64,000 nt of DNA, taken from positions 6,172 through 70,171 of the forward strand of contig DBFBLF010000014.1 in NCBI GenBank assembly GCA_048204295.1, written 5' to 3'. Positions 27,178 through 38,110 of this stretch are shown in pieces. The position numbers and the translations under genes are program-made. The notes under the pieces are model-generated. The model made no database searches. It saw only the letters and a program-made list of their open reading frames with translations, and was not told the DNA's origin. How positions within the stretch are numbered: the first letter of the stretch is position 1; every line of letters begins with the position of its first letter. The DNA is from Oscillospiraceae bacterium. Its GTDB lineage: Bacteria > Bacillota > Clostridia > Oscillospirales > Ruminococcaceae.

Positions 27178-27888
27178 ATGGGACAGAAAGTAAACCCACA
27201 CGGCTTTAGAGTGGGCGTTATCAAAGACTGGGATTCCCGCTGGTTTGTTAACGATGCTGCTTTCGGCGACACTCTCGTTGAGGATTACAAGATTCGTAAA
27301 TATCTGAAAAAGAACTTGTACGCAGCAGGCGTTCCGCGGATTGAAATCGAGCGCGACGCTCTTAAAGTCAGAATTCATATCCATTGCGCAAAACCGGGGC
27401 TTGTCATTGGCCGCGGCGGGTCTGAAATTGAAAAACTCCGCGCCACCCTGCAGAAAATGCTTGGGAAAACCGTGCTGATCAACATTGTTGAGGTAAAACA
27501 GCCGGATCTCAACGCACAGCTGGTCGCTGAGAACATCGCTTCCCAGCTTGAGCGCAGAATTTCTTTCAGACGTGCAATGAAGCAGTGCATTGGCAGAACG
27601 ATGAGACTTGGCGCAAAAGGCATCAAGACCACCGTTTCCGGCCGTCTGGGCGGTGCAGAAATCGCCCGTTCTGAAAGCTATCACGAAGGGACGATTCCCC
27701 TTCAGACCATCCGTGCCGATATCGACTACGGTTTTGCTGAGGCGAATACCACTTACGGCAAAATCGGCGTTAAGGTGTGGATTTATAAAGGCGAGGTTCT
27801 CAAGGGCGAGATTGGAGCTTCCTCCTCCCGCAGAAACGAGAGAACTGATAACCGTAGAAGACCCCGTAGGGAAGGAGGTAGCAAGTAA
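27178..27888 (+). CDS. rpsC: 30S ribosomal protein S3
   Basis: [13 protein letters not shown]... KH domain. Confidence 0.97.
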   Translation: MGQKVNPHGFRVGVIKDWDSRWFVNDAAFGDTLVEDYKIRKYLKKNLYAAGVPRIEIERDALKVRIHIHCAKPGLVIGRGGSEIEKLRATLQKMLGKTVLINIVEVKQPDLNAQLVAENIASQLERRISFRRAMKQCIGRTMRLGAKGIKTTVSGRLGGAEIARSESYHEGTIPLQTIRADIDYGFAEANTTYGKIGVKVWIYKGEVLKGEIGASSSRRNERTDNRRRPRREGGSK

Positions 27889-28313
27889 TGCTGTTACCGA
27901 AGCGCGTAAAATACCGTCGTGTCCACAGAGGGCGCATGACTGGTAAAGCAACCCGTGGCAACACGGTTTCTTACGGCGAGTACGGCCTGCAGGCCTTGCA
28001 GCCGGCGTGGATCACCTCTAACCAGATTGAGGCGGCCCGTATTGCCATGACCCGTTACATCAAACGTGGCGGTCAGGTTTGGATTAAAATTTTCCCGGAT
28101 AAACCGGTTACCGAAAAACCGGCTGAAACCCGAATGGGTTCCGGTAAAGGTTCCCCGGAGTATTGGGTGGCTGTCGTAAAGCCGGGCAGGGTTCTCTTTG
28201 AGATTGCCGGCGTTTCCGAAGAAGCTGCCAGAGAAGCTATGCGTCTTGCCATGCATAAGCTGCCGATTAAATGTAAATTTGTATCTAAGGAACAGACAGG
28301 CGGTGAGCAATAA
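27888..28313 (+). CDS. rplP: 50S ribosomal protein L16
   Basis: [17 protein letters not shown]... Confidence 0.97.
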   Translation: MLLPKRVKYRRVHRGRMTGKATRGNTVSYGEYGLQALQPAWITSNQIEAARIAMTRYIKRGGQVWIKIFPDKPVTEKPAETRMGSGKGSPEYWVAVVKPGRVLFEIAGVSEEAAREAMRLAMHKLPIKCKFVSKEQTGGEQ

Positions 28314-28519
28314 TGAAAGCTGTAGAAATTCGTGACTTGTCACTTACCGAAATCAACCAGAAGGTGAGCGATTTGAAAGCGGAGCTTTTCAATCTGCGCT
28401 TCCAGCTCGCGGTCAACCAGCTTGAGAATCCGCAGCGCATCAAGGCTGTAAAAAGAGATATTGCTCGTTGTAAGACTGTTCTTCGCGAGCGTGAACTCAA
28501 GGAAACCGCTGAGAAGTAA
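28313..28519 (+). CDS. rpmC: 50S ribosomal protein L29
   Basis: 68 aa (LFNLRFQLA). Confidence 0.95.
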   Translation: MKAVEIRDLSLTEINQKVSDLKAELFNLRFQLAVNQLENPQRIKAVKRDIARCKTVLRERELKETAEK

Positions 28520-28536
28520 GGAAGGGGGATTTGGCT

Positions 28537-28794
28537 GTGAGTGAGAGAAACCTCAGAAAAACGAGGGTAGGCACGGTTGTCAGCAACAAGATGGATAAGA
28601 CAGTTGTCGTTTCCATTGCCGACAATGTAAGACATCCTCTTTATAAAAAGATCATTAAACGCACCGTTAAGCTTAAAGCCCATGATGAAGGCAATGTCTG
28701 CAACATTGGCGATAAGGTGGAAATTATGGAAACCCGTCCTTTGTCCAAAGACAAAAGATGGAGAGTTTTAGAGATTATTGAAAAAGCGAAATAA
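28537..28794 (+). CDS. rpsQ: 30S ribosomal protein S17
   Basis: (M)[24 protein letters not shown] 28537 lies 8 nt after the SD. The track start TTG 28531 is too close to the SD. Confidence 0.95.
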   Translation: MSERNLRKTRVGTVVSNKMDKTVVVSIADNVRHPLYKKIIKRTVKLKAHDEGNVCNIGDKVEIMETRPLSKDKRWRVLEIIEKAK

Positions 28795-28818
28795 TGATGC
28801 CGAAAGGAGGCATGCACT

Positions 28819-29187
28819 GTGATACAGATGCAGAGTTACCTGAAGGTTGCCGACAATACCGGTGCGAAAGAGCTTATGTGTATCCGTGTGTTGGGCGGTT
28901 CCCGCAGAAGGTACGCTAATATTGGCGACGTTGTCGTTGCTTCGGTCAAAAAAGCAACACCCGGCGGCGTTGTTAAAAAAGGCGATGTAGTAAAAGCAGT
29001 TATCGTCCGTTCCGCGAAAGGGGTTCGCCGTGACGACGGCACCTATATCCGTTTTGACGAGAACGCGGCCGTTATCATCCGTGATGACAAAAACCCGAGA
29101 GGCACCCGTATTTTTGGGCCTGTTGCGAGAGAGCTCCGTGAGAAAGAATATCTCAAGATCCTTTCGCTTGCGCCCGAAGTACTTTGA
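28819..29187 (+). CDS. rplN: 50S ribosomal protein L14
   Basis: [20 protein letters not shown] start. Confidence 0.97.
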   Translation: MIQMQSYLKVADNTGAKELMCIRVLGGSRRRYANIGDVVVASVKKATPGGVVKKGDVVKAVIVRSAKGVRRDDGTYIRFDENAAVIIRDDKNPRGTRIFGPVARELREKEYLKILSLAPEVL

Positions 29188-29204
29188 TGGGAGGTGCGCT
29201 TAGA

Positions 29205-29522
29205 ATGAATAAAGTACACGTTAAAAGTGAGGATACTGTTGTTATCCTGACCGGCAAGGACAGAGGCAAACAGGGCAAGGTTCTGGAAGTCAGTCCTTCC
29301 GAGCAGAAGGTTATCGTGGAAGGCTGCAACATCATCAGCAAACACGTAAAACCGAAAAGAATGGGAGAGACCGGCGGCATTGTAAAAGCCGAGTCCCCGA
29401 TTTATGCATGCAAGGTTCAGCTAGTCTGCCCGAAATGCAAAAAGCCGACAAGAGTCGGCCACAAAGTTGCCGAAGACGGCAAAAAAGAGCGCCTTTGCAA
29501 AAAATGCGGCGCAACCTTTTAA
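29205..29522 (+). CDS. rplX: 50S ribosomal protein L24
   Basis: [29 protein letters not shown] motif. Internal ATG with GGGAGGTG SD. Confidence 0.95.
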   Translation: MNKVHVKSEDTVVILTGKDRGKQGKVLEVSPSEQKVIVEGCNIISKHVKPKRMGETGGIVKAESPIYACKVQLVCPKCKKPTRVGHKVAEDGKKERLCKKCGATF

Positions 29523-29538
29523 GTGAGGAGGAAAAAAC

Positions 29539-30078
29539 ATGGCAAGACTGAAAGATGCTTATGTGAAAGATATTGCCCCTGCTATGATGAAAAAGTTTGG
29601 CTACAAAAGCGTCATGCAGATTCCGAAGCTTGAAAAGGTTGTAATTAATGTTGGCTGCGGCGAAGCACGTGACAACAGCAAAGTGATCGACGCGATTATG
29701 GCTGATTTGGCGGCTATCACCGGCCAGAAACCAATCGTTTGCAAGGCGAAAAAATCTGTAGCGAACTTTAAACTCCGTGAGGGAATGGATATTGGTGCAA
29801 AGGTTACCCTGCGCGCCGAAAATATGTATGAGTTTGTCGACCGTTTGTTCAACGTTGCTCTCCCCCGTGTAAGAGACTTCCGCGGGATCAACCCGAACTC
29901 CTTTGACGGGCGCGGCAACTACAACATGGGCCTGAAAGAGCAGCTCATTTTCCCGGAGATTGATTACGATAAGATTGACAAGGTCAGAGGTATGGATATC
30001 TGCTTTGTCACCACTGCAAAAACAGATGAAGAGGCCAGAGAGCTTTTGTCTCTCATGGGCGCTCCGTTTGAAAAATAA
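29539..30078 (+). CDS. rplE: 50S ribosomal protein L5
   Basis: 179 aa ([22 protein letters not shown]). Confidence 0.97.
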   Translation: MARLKDAYVKDIAPAMMKKFGYKSVMQIPKLEKVVINVGCGEARDNSKVIDAIMADLAAITGQKPIVCKAKKSVANFKLREGMDIGAKVTLRAENMYEFVDRLFNVALPRVRDFRGINPNSFDGRGNYNMGLKEQLIFPEIDYDKIDKVRGMDICFVTTAKTDEEARELLSLMGAPFEK

Positions 30079-30093
30079 GGGAGGAAACAATCA

Positions 30094-30279
30094 ATGGCTA
30101 AAACGTCCATGAAGGTAAAACAGCAGAGAGAGCCGAAGTTTTCCACCCGTGCCTATAACAGGTGTAAAATCTGCGGAAGACCGCACGCCTATCTGAGAAA
30201 ATACGGTATCTGCCGTATCTGTTTCAGAGAGCTGGCTTACAAAGGCCAGATTCCGGGCGTGAAAAAAGCAAGCTGGTAA
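30094..30279 (+). CDS. rpsN: 30S ribosomal protein S14 type Z (zinc-binding)
   Basis: 61 aa with [20 protein letters not shown]. Confidence 0.95.
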   Translation: MAKTSMKVKQQREPKFSTRAYNRCKICGRPHAYLRKYGICRICFRELAYKGQIPGVKKASW

Positions 30280-30307
30280 GCTGCTAGAAGCAAAGGAGGT
30301 TGACGGC

Positions 30308-30706
30308 ATGCAAATCACCGATACAGTTGCTGATATGCTCACCCGGATCCGGAACGCAAATACAGCAAAACACGACACGGTGGATATACCCGCATCCAAC
30401 ATGAAAAAGGCAATTGCTCAGATTCTTGTTGACGAGGGTTATGTAAAGAGCTTTCAGGTCATCGAAGACGGAAAGCAGGGAATCATCCGTATTACACTGA
30501 AATACGGTGAGAACAAGTCCCAGGTGATTACAGGTTTGCGCAGAGTTTCCAAACCGGGCCTGCGTATTTATACAAACGTTGAGGATATGCCGAAAGTTAT
30601 GAAAGGCCTTGGTGTGGCAATTCTTTCCACTTCCAAAGGGCTCATGACCGACAAGGCGGCGCGCAAAGCGAACGTCGGCGGCGAAGTTCTCGCGTTTATC
30701 TGGTAA
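30308..30706 (+). CDS. rpsH: 30S ribosomal protein S8
   Basis: [17 protein letters not shown]... Confidence 0.97.
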   Translation: MQITDTVADMLTRIRNANTAKHDTVDIPASNMKKAIAQILVDEGYVKSFQVIEDGKQGIIRITLKYGENKSQVITGLRRVSKPGLRIYTNVEDMPKVMKGLGVAILSTSKGLMTDKAARKANVGGEVLAFIW

Positions 30707-30723
30707 AAGGAGGTAAGCGTCGT

Positions 30724-31269
30724 ATGTCACGTATTGGTAGAAAACCCATCGATGTTCCCTCCGGTGTAGACGTAAAGATCAACGGCAACCATATTGTTGT
30801 CAAAGGTCCTAAGGGAACGCTTGAAAGAGATTTTCACAAAGATATGCTGGTCGCTCTTGACGGCAGCGTTATTAACGTTAACCGCCCGAGCGAGGACAAG
30901 GAGCATAAGAGCCTGCATGGTTTGACCCGTACCCTGATTGCAAACATGGTAGAGGGCGTTACCAGCGGTTTTACGAAAGAGCTCGAGATCAACGGTGTTG
31001 GCTACCGTGCGGCGAAGCAGGGAAAAGATCTTGTGATGAACCTTGGTTTCTCACATCAGGTAGTTTTCTCTGAGAATGCCGATATCTCTATTGAAGTTCC
31101 GAACCCGAATAAGATTATTATTTCGGGACCGGACAAACAGAAAGTCGGTCAGTTTGCGGCTGAAGTTCGCGAAAAACGTCCGCCGGAGCCGTATAAAGGC
31201 AAAGGTATTAAGTACGCTGGCGAATATATTCAGCGTAAAGAAGGTAAAGCCGGTAAGGGCAAGAAGTAA
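30724..31269 (+). CDS. rplF: 50S ribosomal protein L6
   Basis: [15 protein letters not shown]... Confidence 0.97.
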   Translation: MSRIGRKPIDVPSGVDVKINGNHIVVKGPKGTLERDFHKDMLVALDGSVINVNRPSEDKEHKSLHGLTRTLIANMVEGVTSGFTKELEINGVGYRAAKQGKDLVMNLGFSHQVVFSENADISIEVPNPNKIIISGPDKQKVGQFAAEVREKRPPEPYKGKGIKYAGEYIQRKEGKAGKGKK

Positions 31270-31288
31270 TTAAAGGAGTTGACTTAGA

Positions 31289-31648
31289 ATGGTGAAAAAG
31301 ACTGCTGGAATCAATTCCAGAATCAAAAGACACCGCAGAGTCCGTGCTAAGATCAGCGGTACACCTGAGCGTCCACGCCTTAATGTATTCCGCTCCTCAA
31401 AGAACATCTATGCGCAGATCATAGATGACGTCAACGGCGTTACTCTTGTTGCGGCTTCGTCGATTGAAAAAGGTTTTGAAGGAAGCGGCTCCAACAAGGA
31501 AGGCGCTCGTAAAGTAGGCCAGTTGGTTGCAAAGAAAGCCTTGGAAAAGGGAATCGAAGAGGTCGTTTTCGACCGCGGCGGTTACATTTACCACGGCCGG
31601 GTTTTGGAACTGGCTGAGGGAGCCCGCGAATGCGGCCTCAAGTTTTAA
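31289..31648 (+). CDS. rplR: 50S ribosomal protein L18
   Basis: 119 aa ([18 protein letters not shown]). Confidence 0.97.
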   Translation: MVKKTAGINSRIKRHRRVRAKISGTPERPRLNVFRSSKNIYAQIIDDVNGVTLVAASSIEKGFEGSGSNKEGARKVGQLVAKKALEKGIEEVVFDRGGYIYHGRVLELAEGARECGLKF

Positions 31649-31662
31649 GAGGAGGTATTCAT

Positions 31663-32163
31663 TTGGCTATTATAGATGCTAACGCATATGATTTGAAAGA
31701 AAAAGTGGTTGCCATTAACCGCGTTTCCAAAACGGTAAAGGGTGGTCGTATCTTTAAGTTTGCCGCTCTGGTCGTTGTTGGTGACGGCAACGATATCGTC
31801 GGTTTCGGCCTTGGCAAATCCGGCGAGGTTCCGGACGCCATCCGCAAGGGAATTGAAGACGCGAAGAAAAATCTCATGAAGATTTCTATCAACGGCACTA
31901 CGATTCCTCATGAAGTAATCGGCAAATTTGGCGCCGGACGCGTTTTGATGAATCCTGCTCCGGAAGGTACCGGCGTTATCGCCGGCGGCCCTGTTCGTGC
32001 TGTTATTGAAGTTACAGGCATTAAGGATATCAGAACCAAGGCTCTGCGTTCCAATAATCCCTGCAACGTTGTAAGAGCGACTATCAACGGACTTGCATCC
32101 CTGCGTACGGCTGAGCAGATGGCAGAGATCAGAGGCAAATCCGTAAAAGAGATTTTAGGGTAA
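31663..32163 (+). CDS. rpsE: 30S ribosomal protein S5
   Basis: TTG start after [23 protein letters not shown]. Confidence 0.95.
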   Translation: MAIIDANAYDLKEKVVAINRVSKTVKGGRIFKFAALVVVGDGNDIVGFGLGKSGEVPDAIRKGIEDAKKNLMKISINGTTIPHEVIGKFGAGRVLMNPAPEGTGVIAGGPVRAVIEVTGIKDIRTKALRSNNPCNVVRATINGLASLRTAEQMAEIRGKSVKEILG

Positions 32164-32178
32164 GGGAGGATTTTACTC

Positions 32179-32364
32179 ATGGCAGATAAAATGATTCAAG
32201 TAAAGCTCGTGAGAGGTCTTTCCGGCAGAAAAAAAGATCAGATCGCCACAGTAAATGCGCTGGGGCTTCGTAAAATCGGCGATGTTTCCGCGCAGCCTGA
32301 CAACGACGCCACTAGGGGCAAACTTGCAAAAGTCGCTCATATGGTTGAGGTTGTAGAAGGCTAA
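32179..32364 (+). CDS. rpmD: 50S ribosomal protein L30
   Basis: 61 aa (IQVKLVRGLSGRKKDQIATVNALGL). Confidence 0.95.
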   Translation: MADKMIQVKLVRGLSGRKKDQIATVNALGLRKIGDVSAQPDNDATRGKLAKVAHMVEVVEG

Positions 32365-32434
32365 TTGGGTTTCGTTTGAAACCATGTTTAAATGGCATTT
32401 GCCGCTTTAAACAGGCGGCGGAATGGAGGTTAAG

Positions 32435-32875
32435 ATGAAACTGCACGAGTTAACTCCGGCGGCTGGTTCCAACCACGACGTTAAGCGCAAAGGGCGCGGC
32501 GCTGGTTCCGGTAACGGCAAAACTGCCGGTAAAGGCCATAAAGGCCAGAACGCTCGTTCGGGCGGCGGCGTACGGCCGGGTTTTGAAGGCGGACAGATGC
32601 CCCTTCAGAGACGTGTTCCGAAAAGAGGGTTCAACAACATTTTTGCTACCAGGTATTCCACGGTCAATGTTGCAGACCTCAATAAATTTGACGATGGTGC
32701 GGTTGTCGATTTAGAGGCTCTTATGGCTGCCGGTATTGTTCGCAAAGAGCTTGATGGCGTTAAAGTCCTTGGCAACGGTGAACTTACCAAGAAGCTGACC
32801 GTAAAAGCTGCCGCTTTCTCTGCCAGTGCGAAAGAGAAGATTGAAAAAGCCGGCGGCGCTGCGGAAACTTTATAA
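32435..32875 (+). CDS. rplO: 50S ribosomal protein L15
   Basis: [12 protein letters not shown]...GKGHKGQ. Confidence 0.95.
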   Translation: MKLHELTPAAGSNHDVKRKGRGAGSGNGKTAGKGHKGQNARSGGGVRPGFEGGQMPLQRRVPKRGFNNIFATRYSTVNVADLNKFDDGAVVDLEALMAAGIVRKELDGVKVLGNGELTKKLTVKAAAFSASAKEKIEKAGGAAETL

Positions 32876-32927
32876 TTGACCGCGTGTCTTAAACACATTT
32901 TCGTTATCAGACGGAATGGAGGGCAAA

Positions 32928-34220
32928 ATGTTTCAGACAATTCGAAACGCATTGGCAATTCCTGAAACAAGGAAAAAACTCCTTTATACTCTGTTGATTA
33001 TTGTTATCTTCAGAATCGGCTCTGCAATTCCAGTTCCTTTCCTGGACCCGAGCGCGCTGAAGGCGATGATTGAGTCGGGCGGCGATTTTCTGGGTTACCT
33101 CGATGTTATGACGGGCGGCGCGTTTGCCAGTGCAACCCTCTTTGCAATGTCGATTACCCCGTATATCAACGCATCCATTATCATCCAGCTGCTCACCGTG
33201 GCTATTCCTCCGCTTGAGAGGCTGTCCAAGGAGGGCGAGGAAGGGCGGAAAAAAATTGCAAAAATTACCCGCTACACTACCTTTGGGCTGGCGCTGCTTC
33301 AGGGTATTGCTTACTACTTTTTGGCGCGCAACTCCGGTGCAATCAGCGACACATACATGGCTGGCAAAACAGGCTTTTTTGTGGCCTGTGTCATTGTCGT
33401 TACCTTTGTAGCCGGCACCGCGGTTATCGTCTGGCTCGGCGAGCGGATCAATGAAAAGGGTATCGGGAACGGTATTTCTATTATCCTGTTCGCAGGTATT
33501 ATTTCCCGCGGTCCGAACATGATCGACACACTGATCAGTTACTGGAATATGAACAATCCGCTTTACTATGTTCTGATTCCGTTGATTGCGGTGATTTTCG
33601 TACTCATCATTGCGTTTATTGTGTTGATGACGAATGCCGAACGCCGGATTCCGGTCCAGTACGCCAAACGCGTCGTTGGGCGGAAGATGTACGGTGGGCA
33701 GAATTCCCATATTCCGATTAAAGTCAGTATGAGCGGCGTTATGCCAATCATCTTTGCAAGCTCTTTTGTGTCCATTCCGGGTACGATTGCGGCTTTTTTC
33801 CAGCCGGCTGAGGGCAGTTTCTGGAGAGGATTCCTGGATATTTTTAACTACACCAGCATCTGGTATGGAATTATCTATTTTGTCCTGATTATCGGATTTA
33901 ACTACTTCTATGTGGCAATTCAGTATAATCCGATTGAAATTGCCAATAATCTCCGCAAGAACAGCGGAGCAATCCCTGGAATCCGGCCGGGCAAACCCAC
34001 CAGCGACTTCATTTCTAAAGTTCTTTCTAAAATCACCTTTGTTGGGGCCATCTTCCTGGGCATCATTGCTATTTTCCCAATCATCTTCACCAACGTCAGC
34101 GGGATCAATATCGCTATTGGCGGTACGTCTATCCTGATTGTTGTCGGTGTTGCGCTGGAAACAATGAGAACGCTCGAGTCTCAGATTACCATGAGACATC
34201 ACAAAGGCTTTTTAGAATAA
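32928..34220 (+). CDS. secY: preprotein translocase subunit SecY
   Basis: 10-TM protein (MFQTIRNALAIPETRKKLLYTL...). The second ATG follows a GGAGGG SD. The track start is 32916. Confidence 0.95.
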   Translation: MFQTIRNALAIPETRKKLLYTLLIIVIFRIGSAIPVPFLDPSALKAMIESGGDFLGYLDVMTGGAFASATLFAMSITPYINASIIIQLLTVAIPPLERLSKEGEEGRKKIAKITRYTTFGLALLQGIAYYFLARNSGAISDTYMAGKTGFFVACVIVVTFVAGTAVIVWLGERINEKGIGNGISIILFAGIISRGPNMIDTLISYWNMNNPLYYVLIPLIAVIFVLIIAFIVLMTNAERRIPVQYAKRVVGRKMYGGQNSHIPIKVSMSGVMPIIFASSFVSIPGTIAAFFQPAEGSFWRGFLDIFNYTSIWYGIIYFVLIIGFNYFYVAIQYNPIEIANNLRKNSGAIPGIRPGKPTSDFISKVLSKITFVGAIFLGIIAIFPIIFTNVSGINIAIGGTSILIVVGVALETMRTLESQITMRHHKGFLE

Positions 34221-34232
34221 CGGAGGGATTTT

Positions 34233-34865
34233 ATGAACCTGATTTTTTTAGGTGCTCCGGGCGCTGGCAAGGGAACCCAGGCTGAGGTTATTTCTGAACA
34301 CCTCGGCATCCCGACCATTTCGACCGGCAATATTATTCGTGAAGCATTGAAAAACGGGACCGAGACAGGGCTGAAGGCGAAATCTTATATGGATGCCGGA
34401 CAGCTCGTCCCGGACGAAATCGTCATCGCTATCATCAAAGAGCGTCTCGTCAAGGACGACTGTGCGAAGGGCTTCATCCTGGATGGCTTCCCGCGCACTG
34501 TTCCCCAGGCGGAAGCGCTTGACCAGATGGGCATCCGGATCGACCGGGTGATCGATATTGAGGTAGCGGATGAAAAGATAATGGCAAGACTGTCCGGGCG
34601 CAGGGTTTGTGAGAAGTGCGGCGCGTCCTATCATCTCAATTATAAACCCAGCAAGGTGGAGGGAACCTGTGACAAGTGCGGCGGCAATACCGTACAGCGC
34701 AAGGATGACCATCCGGATACTGTCAAAGACCGGCTTCATGTTTACCATGAGCAGACCGAGCCTTTGAAGGAGTATTACCAGAAAACCGGCAAACTTGTAA
34801 TCGTCGAAGGGCAGGAGGAAGTTAAGGATACGACTGCCCTGACCCTTAAAGCTGTGGAGGCTTGA
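34233..34865 (+). CDS. adk: adenylate kinase (4-Cys zinc lid)
   Basis: GAPGAGKGTQ P-loop. Lid CEKCGASYH...CDKCGG. Confidence 0.97.
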   Translation: MNLIFLGAPGAGKGTQAEVISEHLGIPTISTGNIIREALKNGTETGLKAKSYMDAGQLVPDEIVIAIIKERLVKDDCAKGFILDGFPRTVPQAEALDQMGIRIDRVIDIEVADEKIMARLSGRRVCEKCGASYHLNYKPSKVEGTCDKCGGNTVQRKDDHPDTVKDRLHVYHEQTEPLKEYYQKTGKLVIVEGQEEVKDTTALTLKAVEA

Positions 34866-34866
34866 C

Positions 34867-35616
34867 ATGATTTCTCTGAAAACGGCTCGTGAACTGGAGC
34901 AGATGCGCAAAGCCTGTACCATTTCCGCGCAGGCCTTAAAACTTGCGGGGGAACAGGTGAAAGCGGGGATGAGCACCCACGAGCTGGATACCATAATCCG
35001 GGAATTTATCTATTCGAAAGGGGCTAAGGCTTCCTTTCTTGGATACGGCGGCTTTCCCGGCTGTGCCTGTATTTCCATCAACGACGAGGTAATCCACGGT
35101 ATTCCAAGCAAAAAGCGGATCATCCAGCCGGGTGATATCGTCAAGGTAGACGTGGGCGCTTACATTGATGGATTTCATGGCGACAATGCGGCAACCTTTG
35201 CCGTGGGCGAAGTATCGCCCGAGGCCAAAGCGTTGATGGACGTTACCGAACAAAGCCTTTATGAAGGAATTAAGATGGCGCGGGTGGGCAACCGGATTGG
35301 AGATGTCTCCCACGCGGTCGAAGCGTATGTCACAAGCAGGGGGTACGCGGTGGTCAAACAGTTTGTAGGCCACGGTGTTGGGCGCAAAGTCCATGAATCC
35401 CCGGAAGTTCCGAATTACGGCACACCCGGCAGAGGTGTGCGTCTCGCAGCGGGAATGACGCTGGCAATCGAGCCGATGATCAACATCAAAGGCGAGGGCG
35501 TGAACGTGCTTGCAGATGGCTGGACGGTTAAAACGGCCTCAGGCAGTCTTTCGGCACATTTCGAACATACCATAGCCATTACGGGCGACGGTCCGGTCAT
35601 TCTGACCAGGGCGTGA
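34867..35616 (+). CDS. map: type I methionine aminopeptidase
   Basis: 249 aa with metal ligands in conserved contexts (VDVGA, HGDNA, FVGHGVG, EPM). Confidence 0.95.
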   Translation: MISLKTARELEQMRKACTISAQALKLAGEQVKAGMSTHELDTIIREFIYSKGAKASFLGYGGFPGCACISINDEVIHGIPSKKRIIQPGDIVKVDVGAYIDGFHGDNAATFAVGEVSPEAKALMDVTEQSLYEGIKMARVGNRIGDVSHAVEAYVTSRGYAVVKQFVGHGVGRKVHESPEVPNYGTPGRGVRLAAGMTLAIEPMINIKGEGVNVLADGWTVKTASGSLSAHFEHTIAITGDGPVILTRA

Positions 35617-35626
35617 GGTGGTTTTA

Positions 35627-35890
35627 ATGCAGCTGACGGAAGGCTCGGTGGTAAAATCCACAGCAGGCCATGACAGGGGGAGGTTCGGCGTGGTTATTGC
35701 TTTTCGAGACGGCTGGCCGCTTGTGGCGGACGGCAAGGAGCGTAAGCTGGAGCACCCGAAGCGGAAGAACCCAAAACACTTAATTGGTACCAGAGAAAAG
35801 ATTAATTTGCGTGAAATTCACGGCAACACAATGCTGAGGCGGATGCTGTGGCCCTTTCAGTACGGGGGACGGCAGCCGGATTTCGAATGA
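35627..35890 (+). CDS. KOW-domain RNA-binding protein (L14E/L6E/L27E-like) of unknown function
   Basis: 87 aa ([19 protein letters not shown]...[19 protein letters not shown]). ATG lies 7 nt after GAGGTGG. Sits between map and infA, as in other Clostridia. Confidence 0.7.
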   Translation: MQLTEGSVVKSTAGHDRGRFGVVIAFRDGWPLVADGKERKLEHPKRKNPKHLIGTREKINLREIHGNTMLRRMLWPFQYGGRQPDFE

Positions 35891-35903
35891 GGGAGGTATT
35901 TGC

Positions 35904-36122
35904 TTGGCGAAAGACGATGTAATCGAAATTGAGGGCGTTGTTGTAGAGGCTCTTCCAAACGCAATGTTTCAGGTGGAGCTGGCAAACGGCCACAAAATTT
36001 TGGCTCATATATCAGGCAAGCTGCGGATGAATTTTATTCGCATTCTGCCTGGCGATAAGGTAACGGTTGAAATGTCGCCGTATGATTTATCCAAAGGACG
36101 CATTACCTGGCGTTCGAAATAA
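35904..36122 (+). CDS. infA: translation initiation factor IF-1
   Basis: 72 aa, S1-like ([29 protein letters not shown]). TTG start. Confidence 0.95.
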   Translation: MAKDDVIEIEGVVVEALPNAMFQVELANGHKILAHISGKLRMNFIRILPGDKVTVEMSPYDLSKGRITWRSK

Positions 36123-36280
36123 CTGGCATTGGGTCCGGGTACAAGTTCCGGTTCCCAGCCCGCTTTCAGCGGGTAATTCCGCGGCTTTCTGCGGAATTTG
36201 GCACTTGCTGTTGCTTTGTAAGAATAGTTTATCCCCGTACCAGCCTTTGGCGGCGCGGGCTTTTAAGGGAGGTATTTCAG

Positions 36281-36394
36281 ATGAAAGTAAGACCTTCGGT
36301 TAAACCCATCTGTGAAAAATGCAAGATTATCAAACGGAAAGGCCGTATTATGGTAATCTGTCAGAACCCGAAACACAAACAGCGTCAGGGTTAA
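36281..36394 (+). CDS. rpmJ: 50S ribosomal protein L36
   Basis: Not in the ORF track (37 aa): [45 protein letters not shown]. Confidence 0.95.
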   Translation: MKVRPSVKPICEKCKIIKRKGRIMVICQNPKHKQRQG

Positions 36395-36513
36395 TTTAAT
36401 TTTGTTGAACCATAAGTTCATATAAATCAAGCAGACGAAAATGAGTTCCTGTAAACCTGTAATGCACAGGGAGGGAAGGGCATTCGTCAAGCACTGGAGG
36501 TGCAAGGTAAAAA

Positions 36514-36882
36514 ATGGCTCGTATAGCTGGAGTTGACTTGCCAAGAGATAAGAGAATCGAAGTCGGTATCACTTATATCTATGGCATCGGTAATGCAACC
36601 GCGAAAAAAATCATTGAAGCAACCGGAATCAATCCCGATACAAGAGTACGGGATCTGACCGAAGCGGATGAGGCTGCACTGCGCGATTACATCGACAAAA
36701 ACCTTGATGTTGAAGGCGATCTTCGCAGAAACGTTGCTCTAAACATCAAGAGATTGATCGAGATCGGCTGCTACCGTGGCGTACGCCACCGCAAGGGCCT
36801 GCCGGTCCGCGGGCAGAGAACCAAAACCAACGCCCGTACCCGCAAAGGTCCGGTAAAGACCGTAGCGAACAAAAAGAAATAA
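36514..36882 (+). CDS. rpsM: 30S ribosomal protein S13
   Basis: [14 protein letters not shown]... Confidence 0.97.
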   Translation: MARIAGVDLPRDKRIEVGITYIYGIGNATAKKIIEATGINPDTRVRDLTEADEAALRDYIDKNLDVEGDLRRNVALNIKRLIEIGCYRGVRHRKGLPVRGQRTKTNARTRKGPVKTVANKKK

Positions 36883-36901
36883 CAGGAAAGGATAAGAACA
36901 C

Positions 36902-37303
36902 ATGGCTGTTAAGAATGCTAAGAAGACTACGATTCGCAGACGTCGTGAACGCAAAAATATTGAGCGTGGTGCCGTTCATATCCAGTCCACTTTCAATAAC
37001 ACTATGGTAACGATTACCGATACACAGGGCAATGCGATTTCCTGGGCGTCCGCAGGCGGCCTCGGCTTCCGCGGTTCCAGAAAATCCACCCCATTTGCCG
37101 CGCAGACCGCTGCGGAAACCGCTGCGAAAGCTGCAATGGAGCATGGCCTCAAAACTGTTGAAGTGTTTGTTAAAGGCCCTGGCTCCGGACGTGAGGCTGC
37201 TATCAGAGCGCTGCAGTCCGCCGGCCTCGAGGTAACCATGATTAAAGACGTTACCCCGATTCCGCATAACGGCTGCCGTCCGCCGAAAAGAAGACGTGTA
37301 TAA
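36902..37303 (+). CDS. rpsK: 30S ribosomal protein S11
   Basis: 133 aa ([17 protein letters not shown]). Confidence 0.97.
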   Translation: MAVKNAKKTTIRRRRERKNIERGAVHIQSTFNNTMVTITDTQGNAISWASAGGLGFRGSRKSTPFAAQTAAETAAKAAMEHGLKTVEVFVKGPGSGREAAIRALQSAGLEVTMIKDVTPIPHNGCRPPKRRRV

Positions 37304-37329
37304 GAGTGCAAATTTGGAGGTGTAACTAA

Positions 37330-37956
37330 ATGGCAAGATATACCGGTGCGGTTTGCAGAATGTGCCGTCGTGAAGGACAGAAGCTGTTCTTAAAAGGTGA
37401 ACGGTGCTATTCCGATAAATGTGCAATCGCCAGAAGGGGCTATGCTCCCGGACAGCACGGCCAAAGCCGCAAAAAAGTGTCTGAATATGGAATTCAGCTG
37501 AGAGCGAAACAGAAAACCAGACGTTACTACGGTGTTCTGGAAGGACAGTTCGCAAAATATTTCGATATGGCAGAGCGTAAAGCCGGCATGACCGGTGAAA
37601 ACCTCTTGAGAATTCTTGAAACCCGTCTGGACAACGTCGTTTACCGTCTTGGTTTTGCGACTTCCAGAGCAGAAGCCAGACAGCTGGTTGTCCACAACCA
37701 CTATTTGGTAAACGGTAAGAAGGTTAACATTCCTTCCTTCCTTGTAAAAGAGGGCGATGAAATCACCATCTGTGACAAGAGCCGTTCCAGTGACAAAATG
37801 AAGGCTGTTTTGGAGTCCACCGGCGCGCGCCCGGTTCCAATGTGGCTTGAGCTGAACAAGGAAACCCTTAGCGGAAAGGTAACCCGGCTGCCGAACCGTG
37901 AGGATATTGACCTTGACGTTGAAGAACATCTCATTGTCGAGCTGTATTCCAAGTAA
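37330..37956 (+). CDS. rpsD: 30S ribosomal protein S4
   Basis: [26 protein letters not shown]... Confidence 0.97.
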   Translation: MARYTGAVCRMCRREGQKLFLKGERCYSDKCAIARRGYAPGQHGQSRKKVSEYGIQLRAKQKTRRYYGVLEGQFAKYFDMAERKAGMTGENLLRILETRLDNVVYRLGFATSRAEARQLVVHNHYLVNGKKVNIPSFLVKEGDEITICDKSRSSDKMKAVLESTGARPVPMWLELNKETLSGKVTRLPNREDIDLDVEEHLIVELYSK

Positions 37957-38110
37957 TCAGTCCAGATTACTGTTTCATGTGCAGGGCAAGCGTAAATTCC
38001 ATTCGGTTTTTACGCTTTGCATCATGAACTGGATGGCGGCAAAACCGGTTCGCCGGTCGAAACATTCAAGCTCATCGTACGCGTTGGGCATGCAAACAGG
38101 AGGGTTATAA

